This document shows, in pieces, positions 15,078 to 27,571 of a stretch of 64,000 nucleotides of DNA (position 1 is its first letter; each line of letters starts with the position of its first letter). The position numbers were made by a program, and so were the translations under genes. The DNA comes from Utricularia gibba (lineage: Eukaryota; Plantae; Magnoliophyta). The notes beneath the pieces are model-generated. The model was not told the DNA's origin, did no database searches, and saw only the letters and a list, made by a program, of their open reading frames with translations. Location: contig NEEC01000009.1 in assembly GCA_002189035.1 (NCBI GenBank), forward strand, positions 3,389,941 to 3,453,940, written 5' to 3'.

Positions 15078-15499
15078 TGTAATTGCGAAACGGTCATAAA
15101 AAGAGCAGCAATTGGCCGATCGAACTTCCGGGGCTAGAGTTGCACAGACGAAGGGGATGCGCCCGAGCACCCCCTTTTTACATTTGGGCGACACATCAGC
15201 AATTCGCACAATCTTTAAATATTTATTACTATTTTAGAACACGCTTTAAAATCCATTTTATTTGTTATAATGTTTACAATAAAAAAAAATGAGGGGAGGG
15301 ATGGAAGGGTCTTTTTAACCTACCCAGAAAGGCTGCTTGCGGCATTCCATTCGCCACTATTTAACAGTAGCACAACCCCTAAATTTTCGAAATTATACAC
15401 CTCGTCTCCCCTGGTCTCTCTCTCGAAGCTTCTTTCTGCTCGTCTTCAAACTTCGGATTCTTGAGCCAGAAGCAAAACTCTCCTCACAGATCTACTGCA

Positions 15500-16877
15500 A
15501 TGGCGTTGCTATCCCTCATTGGAAGATTTCTCTTCGTTTCAGTATTCGTACTCGCCGCTTACAAAGAGTAATTTCATTAGCTTCTTGCTTTAGATCTGCA
15601 CTGTCTTTTTCGTTCTTGTCGTCTCCGCGTCGGTGCGGGGTCTCTTCGTTGTTTTTCTGGGTTTTCGGTCTTATGCGTCTTCTTTGAAGTTGGCTTTTGA
15701 ACTGACGGCCGAAGATTTTGGCAAGAGCTTCTATTTTCTTTTGTTTTTAGTTTGTGGTTGCATTGTCGCGAATATCTCCTCATTGATTTGGGATGCTTGT
15801 AACTGCGTCTTCTTAAGTTCACTAACTCATGTTCCTCCTTTTTTCTCCCTTCGCTCGCTATCTTCCAGGTTAAGTGTAAATGGAATATTTTTTCATGTTT
15901 CCCCGACAGCAGCTTTAAATCCTACCCAAAAAAAAAAAAAATCGCTGTGCTTGGCCGGGTCTATGAATGATTTAAAAGTTGTTCGTGAGATTGAAAAATT
16001 CTGGATTCACATCGACATGTCGTCTTAATCTCAAGTTTGACGTGGAATTGCTCGAAAAATTATGGATGCTGGGTTTTACTGCTTAAAGTTGCACTGAGCA
16101 CTTTGATGCACTCCGATATCCACGCGTGACACAATTTCGTTTCAATCATACTGCGCAGGTTCAACGAACTTGGTGCTGATGGTGGACCAGCGGCAAAACA
16201 ATTAAAACCCAAGTTTGATGTATTTTCAAAGCATGTGGCGACTCATATAGGGTTCCAAGTCCCACAAGTAGGGGTAAGGCACAAATTTGCTTCCTCATTT
16301 AATAGATTTCATGTGTATTCCAACTGATGGCGACTCGGGGTTGTTGTTCAGATGAAGGAGTTGGTAGTCGGAGGCATCATTGTGAAGTCACTTGGAAGCA
16401 TTTTGTTTGTCCTGGGCAGTTCCTTGGGAGCCGTAATACTTGTATGTCAATCCATCTGCTGGATGTGTGTATTTTATATTTTTTGTCGAAATATCTCTAA
16501 TCTATATGGCGCTTTGGTTCTACCGTTAACTGGAATTTTCATTATCTGAAGGTTCCATTTATTTTGTGACTAAAATTCATTTTTTTTGCAGTTACTGCAT
16601 CAAGCAGTTGCTGTGCCCATTCTTTATGATTTCTATAACTACGATGCTGGAAGAAAGGAATTTGCTGAACTCTTTGTTAAGTTCGCACAGGTTAGTAGGC
16701 AATTTATGTATGGAGGCTCACTCCATAATGCTAACTTATTCTGGTATTTACTGAATGTTGTCGAATTCTCCACAGAATTTGGCACTGCTTGGAGCGCTGC
16801 TCTTTTTCGTAGGCATGAAAAAATCAATCTCAAGGAGGTCATCCAAGAAAAAGGTTCCCAAGGCGAAAACAAACTAA
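15500..16877 (+). CDS. HR-like lesion-inducing protein-related membrane protein, 5 exons
   Basis: MALLSLIGRFLFVSVFVLAAYKE|FNELGADGGPAAKQLKPKF...|MKELVVGGIIVKSLGSILFVLGSSLGA..|LLHQAVAVPILYDFYNYD...|NLALLGALLFFVGMKKSISRRSSKKKVPKAKTN*. Canonical splice sites. Confidence 0.9.
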
Positions 16878-17835
16878 GCGAGTGATTTGCAAGCATGGGC
16901 TCTTCGCGTGATTATCAGTTGGCCGCAGCTCCATTTTTCGTAGTTTTGAGTATTTGATACTCTTGATGAATTATTTGCCATCAGGCAAAACCCATTTCTT
17001 AGAATGTTGTGTATTTGACTGTTGCATCATGTACTTGTGAACCCTAATTTTCCCCCCCACAGCATAATTTTCAAGCTGCCATTGCCGAATGCCAGCCATT
17101 TGAATTCTGAGATCTTCGCGCCTTTAAAGATTCGACAGCAGCCATCACACCATGCAACTGCAAAGGAGATCTCCAAAGAGGGATTTTAAAATGCCATTCA
17201 GTCCTTCCTGGACCCCAAAGAAGGCTGCATGCTTATCCCCGTGACAGCAACTCTCCAATCCGTCACTCGCTTGTGGTAGGGCAGTCATTCCCTAGGGATG
17301 GATTATCATCTCTTTTTGGTAACTGGACGGCCATTCTTTAAACCAACTCACCAAACTAAAGATCTCCAGAGTTAAGGTTCCTCGTAACTTAAGCATTCCT
17401 TATTCCTTGTTCCTCACGAAGAGTTTTCAGTCCTCGTTGCTTGCCAACCTAGACGTTACATTGACTGCAAGAGTCGTAATATTTATGAAGAGGTAAGTTG
17501 CCGTTTGTTCGTATCTTGAAATATGAAAAATATAAATAAAAAAAAGAAAAAATATTCACAGATATGGCAGGTGTATGAACATCCAACTAATCCTTCAGAA
17601 GGGCTTGGTAAACATTGATTGTAGAATCAACACAGTGAATTCCAGCACTAAATACACTCATCTGCCATAACTGCAGTACACATAAGCATGATGTTGTATC
17701 TGCTGTGTATAAGTATATGATGTGTTCCTAGCGTGGTAACTGCCCTCCTTCTCAACACTCATGGATAGACTTGGTGCGTTATATGTGGCAACATCGTTCT
17801 TAACCTCTGCAGGTTTTCAACACTACATATAAACC

Positions 17836-18362
17836 ATGCCTGATTTCCATCTCCAAGACATGGAGCAATTGAAGAGTTCGAAAAATCGCAGGTCCCCAAA
17901 AGCACCCTCAAAGCCGGTAGCCTGCTGCGTTGTAACCGGATTTTCTATAACAACGTTAGTCTCATGTTACATTTTGAATGTCACCTTAAAGATGATGCTT
18001 TCACTCCCAAGTATTTGTCTTTGGGTTTGGTTCCTTCTTCTCGCTCTACTGCAGAGATCAGTGGTGCAGCATGCACATCAGCAAGCCCAAAAACAGCTCT
18101 CACTATGACCCAATTGGATTCTTTGGAAACTCGAATCAACTTCTCAGATGCTCGATCTTCTTTGCTGCGGAAAGCTGTCAAGAGCCTCACTTGTGGACCG
18201 CCCTCTGCGTCGTTCGCATCATCCACCAATGAGTTTACGGAGAAAAAGGGAGGGAAATCTCAATCCAAGAAGGTGAAAAAGGCCATCCCTGATATAATTA
18301 TACTTGCTGACGATGATGAAGGTGGTGGTGTTGCTAAGATAGATCTAAGCTTGAAGCTTTGA
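17836..18362 (+). CDS. Single C2H2 zinc-finger protein with C-terminal EAR-like motif (DLSLKL); -1 frameshift at ~17925
   Basis: Adding one C (GCC TGC CTG CGT TGT) joins ORF 17836 to ORF 17964 and yields C-x2-C-x12-H-x3-H (CLRCNRIFYNNVSLMLHFECH). The protein ends IDLSLKL*. Probable 5'UTR intron ~17493-17812. Confidence 0.75.
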
Positions 18363-18871
18363 GGGGACATGACCATGAGTTTCTGGGAGTTTTGATTACT
18401 ATACCAGAATTATGACATTCTTGGGGGTTTTTCAATGTTATGCGATGCAACTATATGTTAAACATAAGTCCCCGAGTCGTGTTAAACTGTGCCTGCTAAT
18501 GTTCATTGATGTATTGGACACATACGCATCCATCCTTAGAGAAACAGGAGAAGAAACAGCATCAGACATAACGGTAGCCATCCATCCCATTCAGAACGGC
18601 GTCTGACTGTAATAAAAGGTGCAGACCCGGATTCTCTAGACATTCCAGGATAAACTCCATCCATCCAACACATACGCATATTTAACCCGCCTACTGAACT
18701 AAACCAGACCAACAAGTGGACTCAGAATTCTTGGTTATATGAACTGGCACCAGTATCCCTCTATACAATCAAAGAGTCAAGTCATGGCTTCATTTTCGTG
18801 GTTGTTTTTTGCGTTGACAAAATGTATTTTCCGAACCCATCATACTAACCCCTTTCACTTTCCTTCCAAAC

Positions 18872-18890
18872 ACTACTACTACTACTACTA
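18872..18890 (+). repeat. (ACT)6 microsatellite at the EDA6-like stop/3'UTR
   Basis: actactactactactacta read directly. Confidence 0.9.
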
Positions 18891-19283
18891 CATCTGCAAC
18901 CACCGTGCCAGTTGGGTGGGGTTCACTACTCCGGGGACTTGAGCATTTCCGGTTTTAAGCAAACTCGCCACCTCCACGTAGCTCGCCGAGTTCGCCTTGG
19001 GTTTCTCGCTCTTCGATCTCAAAGGTACCACCGCCGCGGGATCAAATCTCTCCCCAAACAGCGTCCCCGTAGTCAAAAACTCATATGCCATGTACCCGGC
19101 CAAAAGCCGGTTCGACGACGTCGAGCACGCCTGCGCCTCCGCGTTTCCTTCTCTTGCTTCTGGCTTGGTAACATAATTATTAACATTGACGCTAAGGGGC
19201 GTTTGTGGAAGGAGTGGCCCATGCCGATCCATCTCCTTTCGTTTACGTGACGGCGTCACGACTCTGCGGGCGTGGTGGCTCAT
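18888..19283 (-). CDS. Small conserved plant protein, EDA6 (embryo sac development arrest 6)-like
   Basis: Single-exon 131 aa with SRKRK, NRLLAGYMAYEFLTTGTLFG and YVEVASLL...PGVVNPTQLARWLQM, motifs I recall from this family. Confidence 0.8.
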   Translation of the reverse strand: MSHHARRVVTPSRKRKEMDRHGPLLPQTPLSVNVNNYVTKPEAREGNAEAQACSTSSNRLLAGYMAYEFLTTGTLFGERFDPAAVVPLRSKSEKPKANSASYVEVASLLKTGNAQVPGVVNPTQLARWLQM

Positions 19284-20596
19284 CGGGAAATTGGAGAATT
19301 TAATGCCACGTCAGCCCAAGGGCAAATAAGTCAGTTCAGTTCGAGGCGAAAAGAGGGTTTTTTATTAACCTCCGATTTCACGCAGAAGCCCAAAAATAGG
19401 CATTTGGCGTGGTGTGGCCTCTCCCTGCCCTTTTTGATTTCACAATCGCTGATAGGAGACTCCAAAGGAATGAATACCCAATTAGGCACCGAGGAGGGAG
19501 ATGATCAAAGTATTATGGAACGGATCTTCCAAAAACTTTTGAAATCGGGGCAGATCTGAAAGTGTGGGGACAGCGATTGAAGTCGGCTTCGCGGTGCACG
19601 GCGGCGGTGGGGATGAGGGAGAAGCGAAAGGGAGAGGGTGTGGTTACAATTCTGAGAGACGAGGACGACAAGTGCTGAACAAGAAGACGGTGGGTGGTCT
19701 GGGCTGCTAATCCCGTTTAGTTATAGAAAGCCTCATCATACCTTTGCCCTCGGGACTCTGATTTTATTACAGTATTGCCATGCATCACACGACGCCTATC
19801 CTCCACAATGTTCTTGCGCAATGTCGAAAACACCCTCATTCCCCTTGCTGGACACCAAGGGTATTACTGTATTTATACGATTCCCCCAAAAGCAGGATAC
19901 ATGAAGTGGTGTGACCCCAAGAAGAGGTGGATGCGGCCCGGCCCGGCCCATCCAGCCCGGCCCATATTATGAGTATTAAAGCAGCTTGTTAGGCGTTGGT
20001 CCCTTAGCCCGAGTGAAAAGCAATAATAAATAATAATAATCACGTGGAAGTGGAAGGGTGAGAGAAATTTCCAGTTCTTGATTTCCTTCAAACGCGCAAA
20101 ATCTGCTTCACAGAATCAAATCTGATGGATTAGCATTTAGCAGTAGAATAAAAAAGTCGTGCCTTTTCATTCGCATTTCATTTCGGATTCATTTGGGATT
20201 GAATGTAGGAGCCTACGCCCTCTGCCTCTCTCTCTCTCCAGAACATTCACAGCATCACTTTCCTCGTCCCTTGGGCGCACACCGCTGCTTCGGTAATTTT
20301 TGCATCCATCCTGGGAGCTGTAGTATTCTGACTCTTACTTATGCTCACTGTCCAATTTCATTGACCGATCTTGCAATATTTTGCTGGAACCTTACTTGTT
20401 GGCGGATGATATTCCCTTTCTGGTTTTTTCCGCTCATTTTATGTTTTTTTTTTTTTTTTTGTGTCGTAGGAACAGATCTCTGTGGTTGTAGCGGAACCTT
20501 GCTAATATCGTAGAGCCCCGATTTTAACAGTTCTTTTGCCGAGCACTCTTGCGTAATCAACTTAGTTCACTTTCTTTCCGCAGATTTTAAATCGAC

Positions 20597-22076
<1,480 letters not shown>

Positions 22077-22576
22077 GTGGGTAATGTCATGTGCACTTTC
22101 AGTATTAGGGAGGCGCAATATAGATTGATTCCTTCAGGTGCCTTTTTCAGGCAAATTATTGCTGGAGAGCGGGGGCGCATGTTTACGCATCAGCGTTATG
22201 CAATATGGGTTGGCTTATGCGTTTAAACACGAGGAAAGTGCTTTCTATTTCCTTTTCTCTCTTTGATATGATGGTGCACAGCTTTTCTTTCTTGTGAAAC
22301 TGAAATATTGCTGCATGGATTGTGGTGTGTTCTTGTAACTCGTGCTATTTGGTTGATCCTGCTCTTAGTTCTCAGTAGCTGTTAAGTAATTGTTCTAGTT
22401 TTGTGTTGCGGTCTAAAGAAAGCATGGCTCGCCCAGCTGAGAAATAAATGCCATTCATTCACCCAATTCACTGACTCTGCGAGTCCAAGTTACCCTTGCG
22501 TTGGCCTCGGAACCAGCTCTGAAAACTTTGCTTCGACGACTGCTGCCCGGCCCGACGCATTTGGACGCCAGGGGAA

Positions 22577-25500
22577 TCAAGTTTGCCTGGTCGAGACATC
22601 GTACCTCGTTGAAACACGAGAAATGGGCTCGCGGAAGTACTGCAGCGAAATGAAGATCGCTTCCTGATCTCAAAAAAAACTGAACGTCAGACCACCAGCA
22701 GCATTCAACTGGCGAGGTAAAGGAGAAACACTAGTTACCTCCGTCCTGATAGTTCTGCTACCTTGATGAGGGCATGTGTTCAGATAAGAGTGAAACACAT
22801 CGTTCACAGTTCTACCCTGCATTCATTGACACCGCCATACAAGGGTCAGGTTGGGCATCAAGATTCAGTCCTTATCGTCTTTGATGAAGAGGTGCACCAT
22901 GCTGGTGAAAGTAATACAATACCTGCAAGTCACTATCTTCTTCAACACACTCTTCCAACCCCGCAAGCCCACCGAAAGCAATTAAAAGATGCCTAGGGTA
23001 TTTGCAGTGACATGTTATTAGATGAGAGCCTGACGATACTAACGAATAGTCATCTGATGCTACGCACAGTGATTACACGTATGCTTAGCGTGAACCACAC
23101 CCGGAGCAACCAGTTTGTTTGGGTGTAGAACAAGAATTCCAGGACTAAAGGAGGGCTTCCAGAGCAATGAGAAGGGGATGAATGGATTGATCACAATATA
23201 CGCACCTAGTCATCTATGACATGCATGTACCTGAATGTCGGCAGCAAAAGCTCTGAAGAGTTGATAACCGACCCGTGCTCAGAAGTACCGATAGTGTGAT
23301 CATATCCTCCCTGTAAGGGCCAGTAACTCTGGATTAACTTCTGCATTTTCTCTCGCGAAATCCCTCAAAGGTGCAAGAAATGATACAGACCTCGTATGGA
23401 CAATTCCTTAGAACCGAACTGAGATTTGGAGCATATCGAACTCGGTATCCCCAGTAAATTCCCTCTTCCATAGGCTTGGTACGACTGACATGTTTACGCG
23501 GTCCTGTCTCTCAAATGTTATACACAAAATAAGCCCCTCTCTTGGATGATGCATATGAACAACAGCTTAAAGACCTGTATTCAGATCACGGTCTGTTCCC
23601 ATCTCTACAGTCACTCTCTTTCCTGGTTCGAGAACTTCATCAATGGTAACATTCTGTATGGTAAAAGGATGCCAAATCAAGCTAGCAATCAATGAGATGT
23701 TTAATAGTTCCCCATCGGTTATATGATAAAGGTTCTTTGTCTCATGCCATGCCTCAAGATTAATTTTAATTTAACGCACAAATCCTTTCTGTGATTAATA
23801 AGAATGTAAACATACCCATACAATCCAAAAAAAAAAAAAACTTTACGATCATGAATGACAACTTATGTTAAAATTCACTCCAAAAGTAGCTGTATAAATG
23901 TTTCCGATTAACAGTAAAGAAATAGACCACAGCAAGAAATCAAAAGTACAAGTAGCAGCTCCAAGAAAGTTTCCAATGTGGATAAACACCGTACCTTACT
24001 GAGACCTACGTCTACAAGCATTCCAGTGATACCTTGGGCTGCTTTTTCCAGTGTGACACCTGGAAAAAAAGGAAGATGCCGCCAAATTTCATCAGCATAG
24101 AATAGATGAATGATGAAAAACCTGAACAACATAACCATACATCATAGATGAATTCCAATAACAATTTTTGCAGGTTTCTTTCCACAGATAAAAATGACTC
24201 TAGAAAGAGAGTTCTTTAATATGAGTCACCATGCTAACAAGCATATGAGATCAAGGAAAAGCAGCATACTCAATCTCTCAAATGTTGAAACACAACAAAA
24301 AATGATGGCATCTGGATTGTTTTTCAGTCTTAGGATACTTGCTATCATTTATAACAAACATTAATAATGATTCATTGTAGGAACTGCCCAAGTTAATGAT
24401 TTTGACCTCCATAGATATCACTAAGAAGCTCATTGTGGCACTTCTTATGGATGCAACCAAGCTGAGTGATGAAGGATTGTCACGGGCATCAGAAAACAAA
24501 TAATCCACATAAAACTTACCTGAAGTTCAGCGATCAAGTGTAAGCCATCATTTGCCCAGACTTCTCCAAATTTATCGTAGCAATAAATGGAGGACATTGA
24601 AAACATGATTTGGGTTGGTAACGACAGTTTCCATTTTCAAAATATGAGGCATCAACAACGAAGATAAATTTATATGAGAAATTTATATTTCAGATTACCC
24701 TTAAACAATTTAAACCCTCCAATCGATATAAACAGCTCCATACACATTAAATAAGCAGAGAAATAATTTCAGAGGCCTGAAATGCTACTCTACCTTCCCT
24801 GTATGGAGACCATTCGTGCTTGCGCAGATGATGTGGGGCATCCAATGGAGGCAACATACCCTGCATCGAGAATATGAAAGGAGATTTGACGAAGCATGAT
24901 CACAAACAAAACTAGAAATAACATGATCTCTGTGGGATTCATGTACTTGCCACAAATCTCAAGCTTTTGTGCTTTGGGAATAGGCTCCTCCTCAGATACT
25001 GCGGCGTTTCAAGATACCTCAATATTCTATAAAGAAAAGCAGTACCGCTTTCATCCTCAATAGGATTACCATCTGATACTGTCAATGAGGAATCCTCTGG
25101 TGTACTCTTACTATCAAACACAACGACCTGATTGAGAAAGTTGGAAGTAAAAGCTGCCAATTGTTTAATTAAAAAAATTATGAAACCAAGAAGAAATCAT
25201 ACGAGAAAATGAAATACAAACCGTGGCATTGCATACAAATTGCCTTCAGATTAGGCATGTAATACAATGTCAGCACAAGCCATTATTTCTGTAAACAAAA
25301 CACACCTAGGTATGTGAACAATGAAAGGGCGGAACAAACACTACTACTAAATGCCTCCTCCCAACACGTATGGAAAAAAGATAAGCTTCAAACCACGTGA
25401 ATCATAAAGAGGTTGCCGTACTAATCAAGTCAACTGACGTCACTAATGTTAGAGACTGTTTTTTTCAGGTTTTTTTTCCTCATTTCACCCGACAATAAAA

Positions 25501-25933
25501 AAAAAGTAATTTTTGAAAACAGTTTACACTCCATCCCGGCCCCCATCCTCAAGAAAGTAAAACCCTTATAATGTCAAGAAAGTTTTCCCGCTTCTCAAGA
25601 TACAAACCTCATCGATCCTAAAGATAGTTGCAGCACGCGCAATCTGGCCAGCCAACTGCAGAGAAATAAGAGTATATCAAACATAAAACTTAATAACAAA
25701 GCGCAGAATCGCCGATCTCCAAAACATGGGATGAAGTATGAAAGACGGAAATATTACACGAGTTGCAAGTTCAGGAGATTGGGCATTTTCAATAATTGAG
25801 CCAGGGACGGCAATGGTGACGGTGGGGATCTCAGAAGTCGCCAGTGTAGTTTTAGGGCTCTTTTTCTTCCTTTTCCGTTCCCTGGGAGGGATTCCAAGTC
25901 GCCATTTTCGGAGGTCGCCTCTCTCTTCTTCAT
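22577..25933 (-). CDS. SPOUT-family RNA methyltransferase, SPOUT1/C9orf114 (CENP-32) homolog, 11 exons; -1 frameshift at ~25884-25886
   Basis: TVTIAVPGSIIENAQSPELATR|LAGQIARAATIFRIDE|VVVF...YLETPQYLRR..FV|GMLPPLDAPHH...|YWGYRVR...|GGYDHTIGTSEHG|HLLIAFGGLAGLEE|YLNTCPHQGSRTIRTE|EAIFISLQYFREPI...*. One intron is GC-AG (24861-24950). Confidence 0.9.
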
Positions 25934-26019
25934 GCCGATTGCCGACACACAACACCACGAGCCGATGGATTACCCAACCAGAAGGTACACGCTTATTACA
26001 TTACGCGCCCATTCCCCGA

Positions 26020-26120
26020 GTATAATGGGCCCAATTGAGTGCATTTCACTAAGGCCCATCATGCCGTAGAGCCCAATACTCCACAAGGAAATACATTTTT
26101 CTGAAGAAGGGCCCACAATC
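26020..26120. promoter_or_regulatory. Site II cluster in the divergent SPOUT1/RABC1-pseudogene intergenic region
   Basis: TGGGCCCA, AGGCCCAT, GAGCCCAA and GGGCCCAC within ~100 bp between ATGs at 25933 and 26374. Confidence 0.5.
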
Positions 26121-26373
26121 ACCTTGAGCGCTCTGGCACCACCGCCAAACCTGCGATCAAAAAGCCATGTGAACCCCGCAGGTTTTCCCTTGCCTCTCTG
26201 CCTTCGCAACTTTCTGGGTGCTGTTTACAGTTTCTTGAGGCATATCTGCTTTGAAGCTTCCTCTGGGTTTGGTGGGTTTTTTTTTTTTTTTTTGAATATG
26301 AATCAGTTTATATATGTAGTTATGTGCGTTACGCGTGTCCCGGGTCACTCGACACGACGACTAGGAGGATATA

Positions 26374-27258
26374 ATGGCATTGCCGTCAGGAGCTGCTTTT
26401 TATTTTGATTATTTATTCAAGTTAATGAGTGGGGATTCTGGGGTAGGAAAAAGCAGCCTTTTGCTCAGCTTCACGTCTAAAACTTTGAAGAACTCTCTCC
26501 CGCAGTTAGTAGCTCCATGAACCCTTTCATCTTGATTTCTTCCATAATACTTTTGGCTGTGTTATTCTGCTGCTACATAATGTCGTCCTTTTATAGACAA
26601 GTCTGCTTTTTTAGTATGATCAGTCTGTTAGTTTCCTTTGGGTACAACAAACTGAAGCTTAATATATGGGACACCGGTAAGGAAGCTGCTTCAAATTGAG
26701 ATCACATGTCACTTTACTGAGGGGCTCAAGGAATCATCATAGGTATGCCGAAAGCTTGGATTTTTTTGCTCCAAATCTGTGATCAAGTAAAATTGTATCG
26801 TCTCTCCCACTTCACATGTGAAAGATACGATCCAGTTTTCTCGTGGTTCAGTTTATGAGGTCACTCGTCGAGATAAATTTTCAAACCTGTCTGATGTTTG
26901 GGCCAAAGAAATTGACCAATCAAGATTGCATGAAGATGGTCGTTGGCAACAAAGTTGATGAGGTCGTGTATTTTTCATTACTGGAACTTGCAGTTTCCAA
27001 CATGTTGACCCGGAAATGCGGCTGCAGGAAGGCGAGAGAATAGTGAGCAAGAAAGAGGGGATCGAATTTGCAAGAGAGTATGGGTCGCAGTGCTTTGTTG
27101 GTGCATCGTTTCAATGTACCATGTTCTCCATTTTCGTCTGCGCATTACAGGTGTTGGAGACCCCAAGCTTGTTAGCTGGCTGCTCTACAGGTGTGAGAAA
27201 GAACATTTTCAGTCAGAAGCCCCCGGAGGTTGATGCTTCTTCATGCAGGCGCTGCAGG
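26374..27258 (+). pseudogene. RABC1 (Rab18-like) small GTPase pseudogene
   Basis: Recognisable FDYLFKLMSGDSGVGKSSLLLSFTS, KLKLNIWDT, Y*GAQGII, VYEVTRRDKFSNLSDVWAKEID, NQDCMKMVVGNKVD, ERIVSKKEGIEFAREYG and LETPSLLAG..RKNIF. Lesions: frameshift ~26485, stop 26718-26720, ~11-nt deletion ~26916, loss of the ECSAK segment. Confidence 0.85.
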
Positions 27259-27571
27259 CCTTCTGTTTTTGTGGACCCTCTTCTGTATGTTGTTTGATGT
27301 GCCTGTTTTTTGTTGAAAGAGGCATGCCAAGGCATCAATCGCATCATGGTTAAAGTGTTCTTTGCAATGGCGTTGAGTTGTATTTCATCATGTATCAACC
27401 ACTCGTCCGATCAGACGAGGTCGACCGCTGTAAAATCAATTGCCTTTTGCAATTCTTCTTCTTTTTTAAAGGTTGGTTTTTGAAGAAGCCCCGTCTTTTA
27501 GGCTCGGCCCATTTCAATTCTACTGCGACATCCTTTCTTTCGGTCACTATTCGCTACTGCTTCTCAAAATT

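Noticed and set aside
27473-27571. N-terminal extension of the HisRS ORF in the track
   Set aside because: Non-ATG start; the homolog-like transit peptide begins at ATG 27572 (MRAI).
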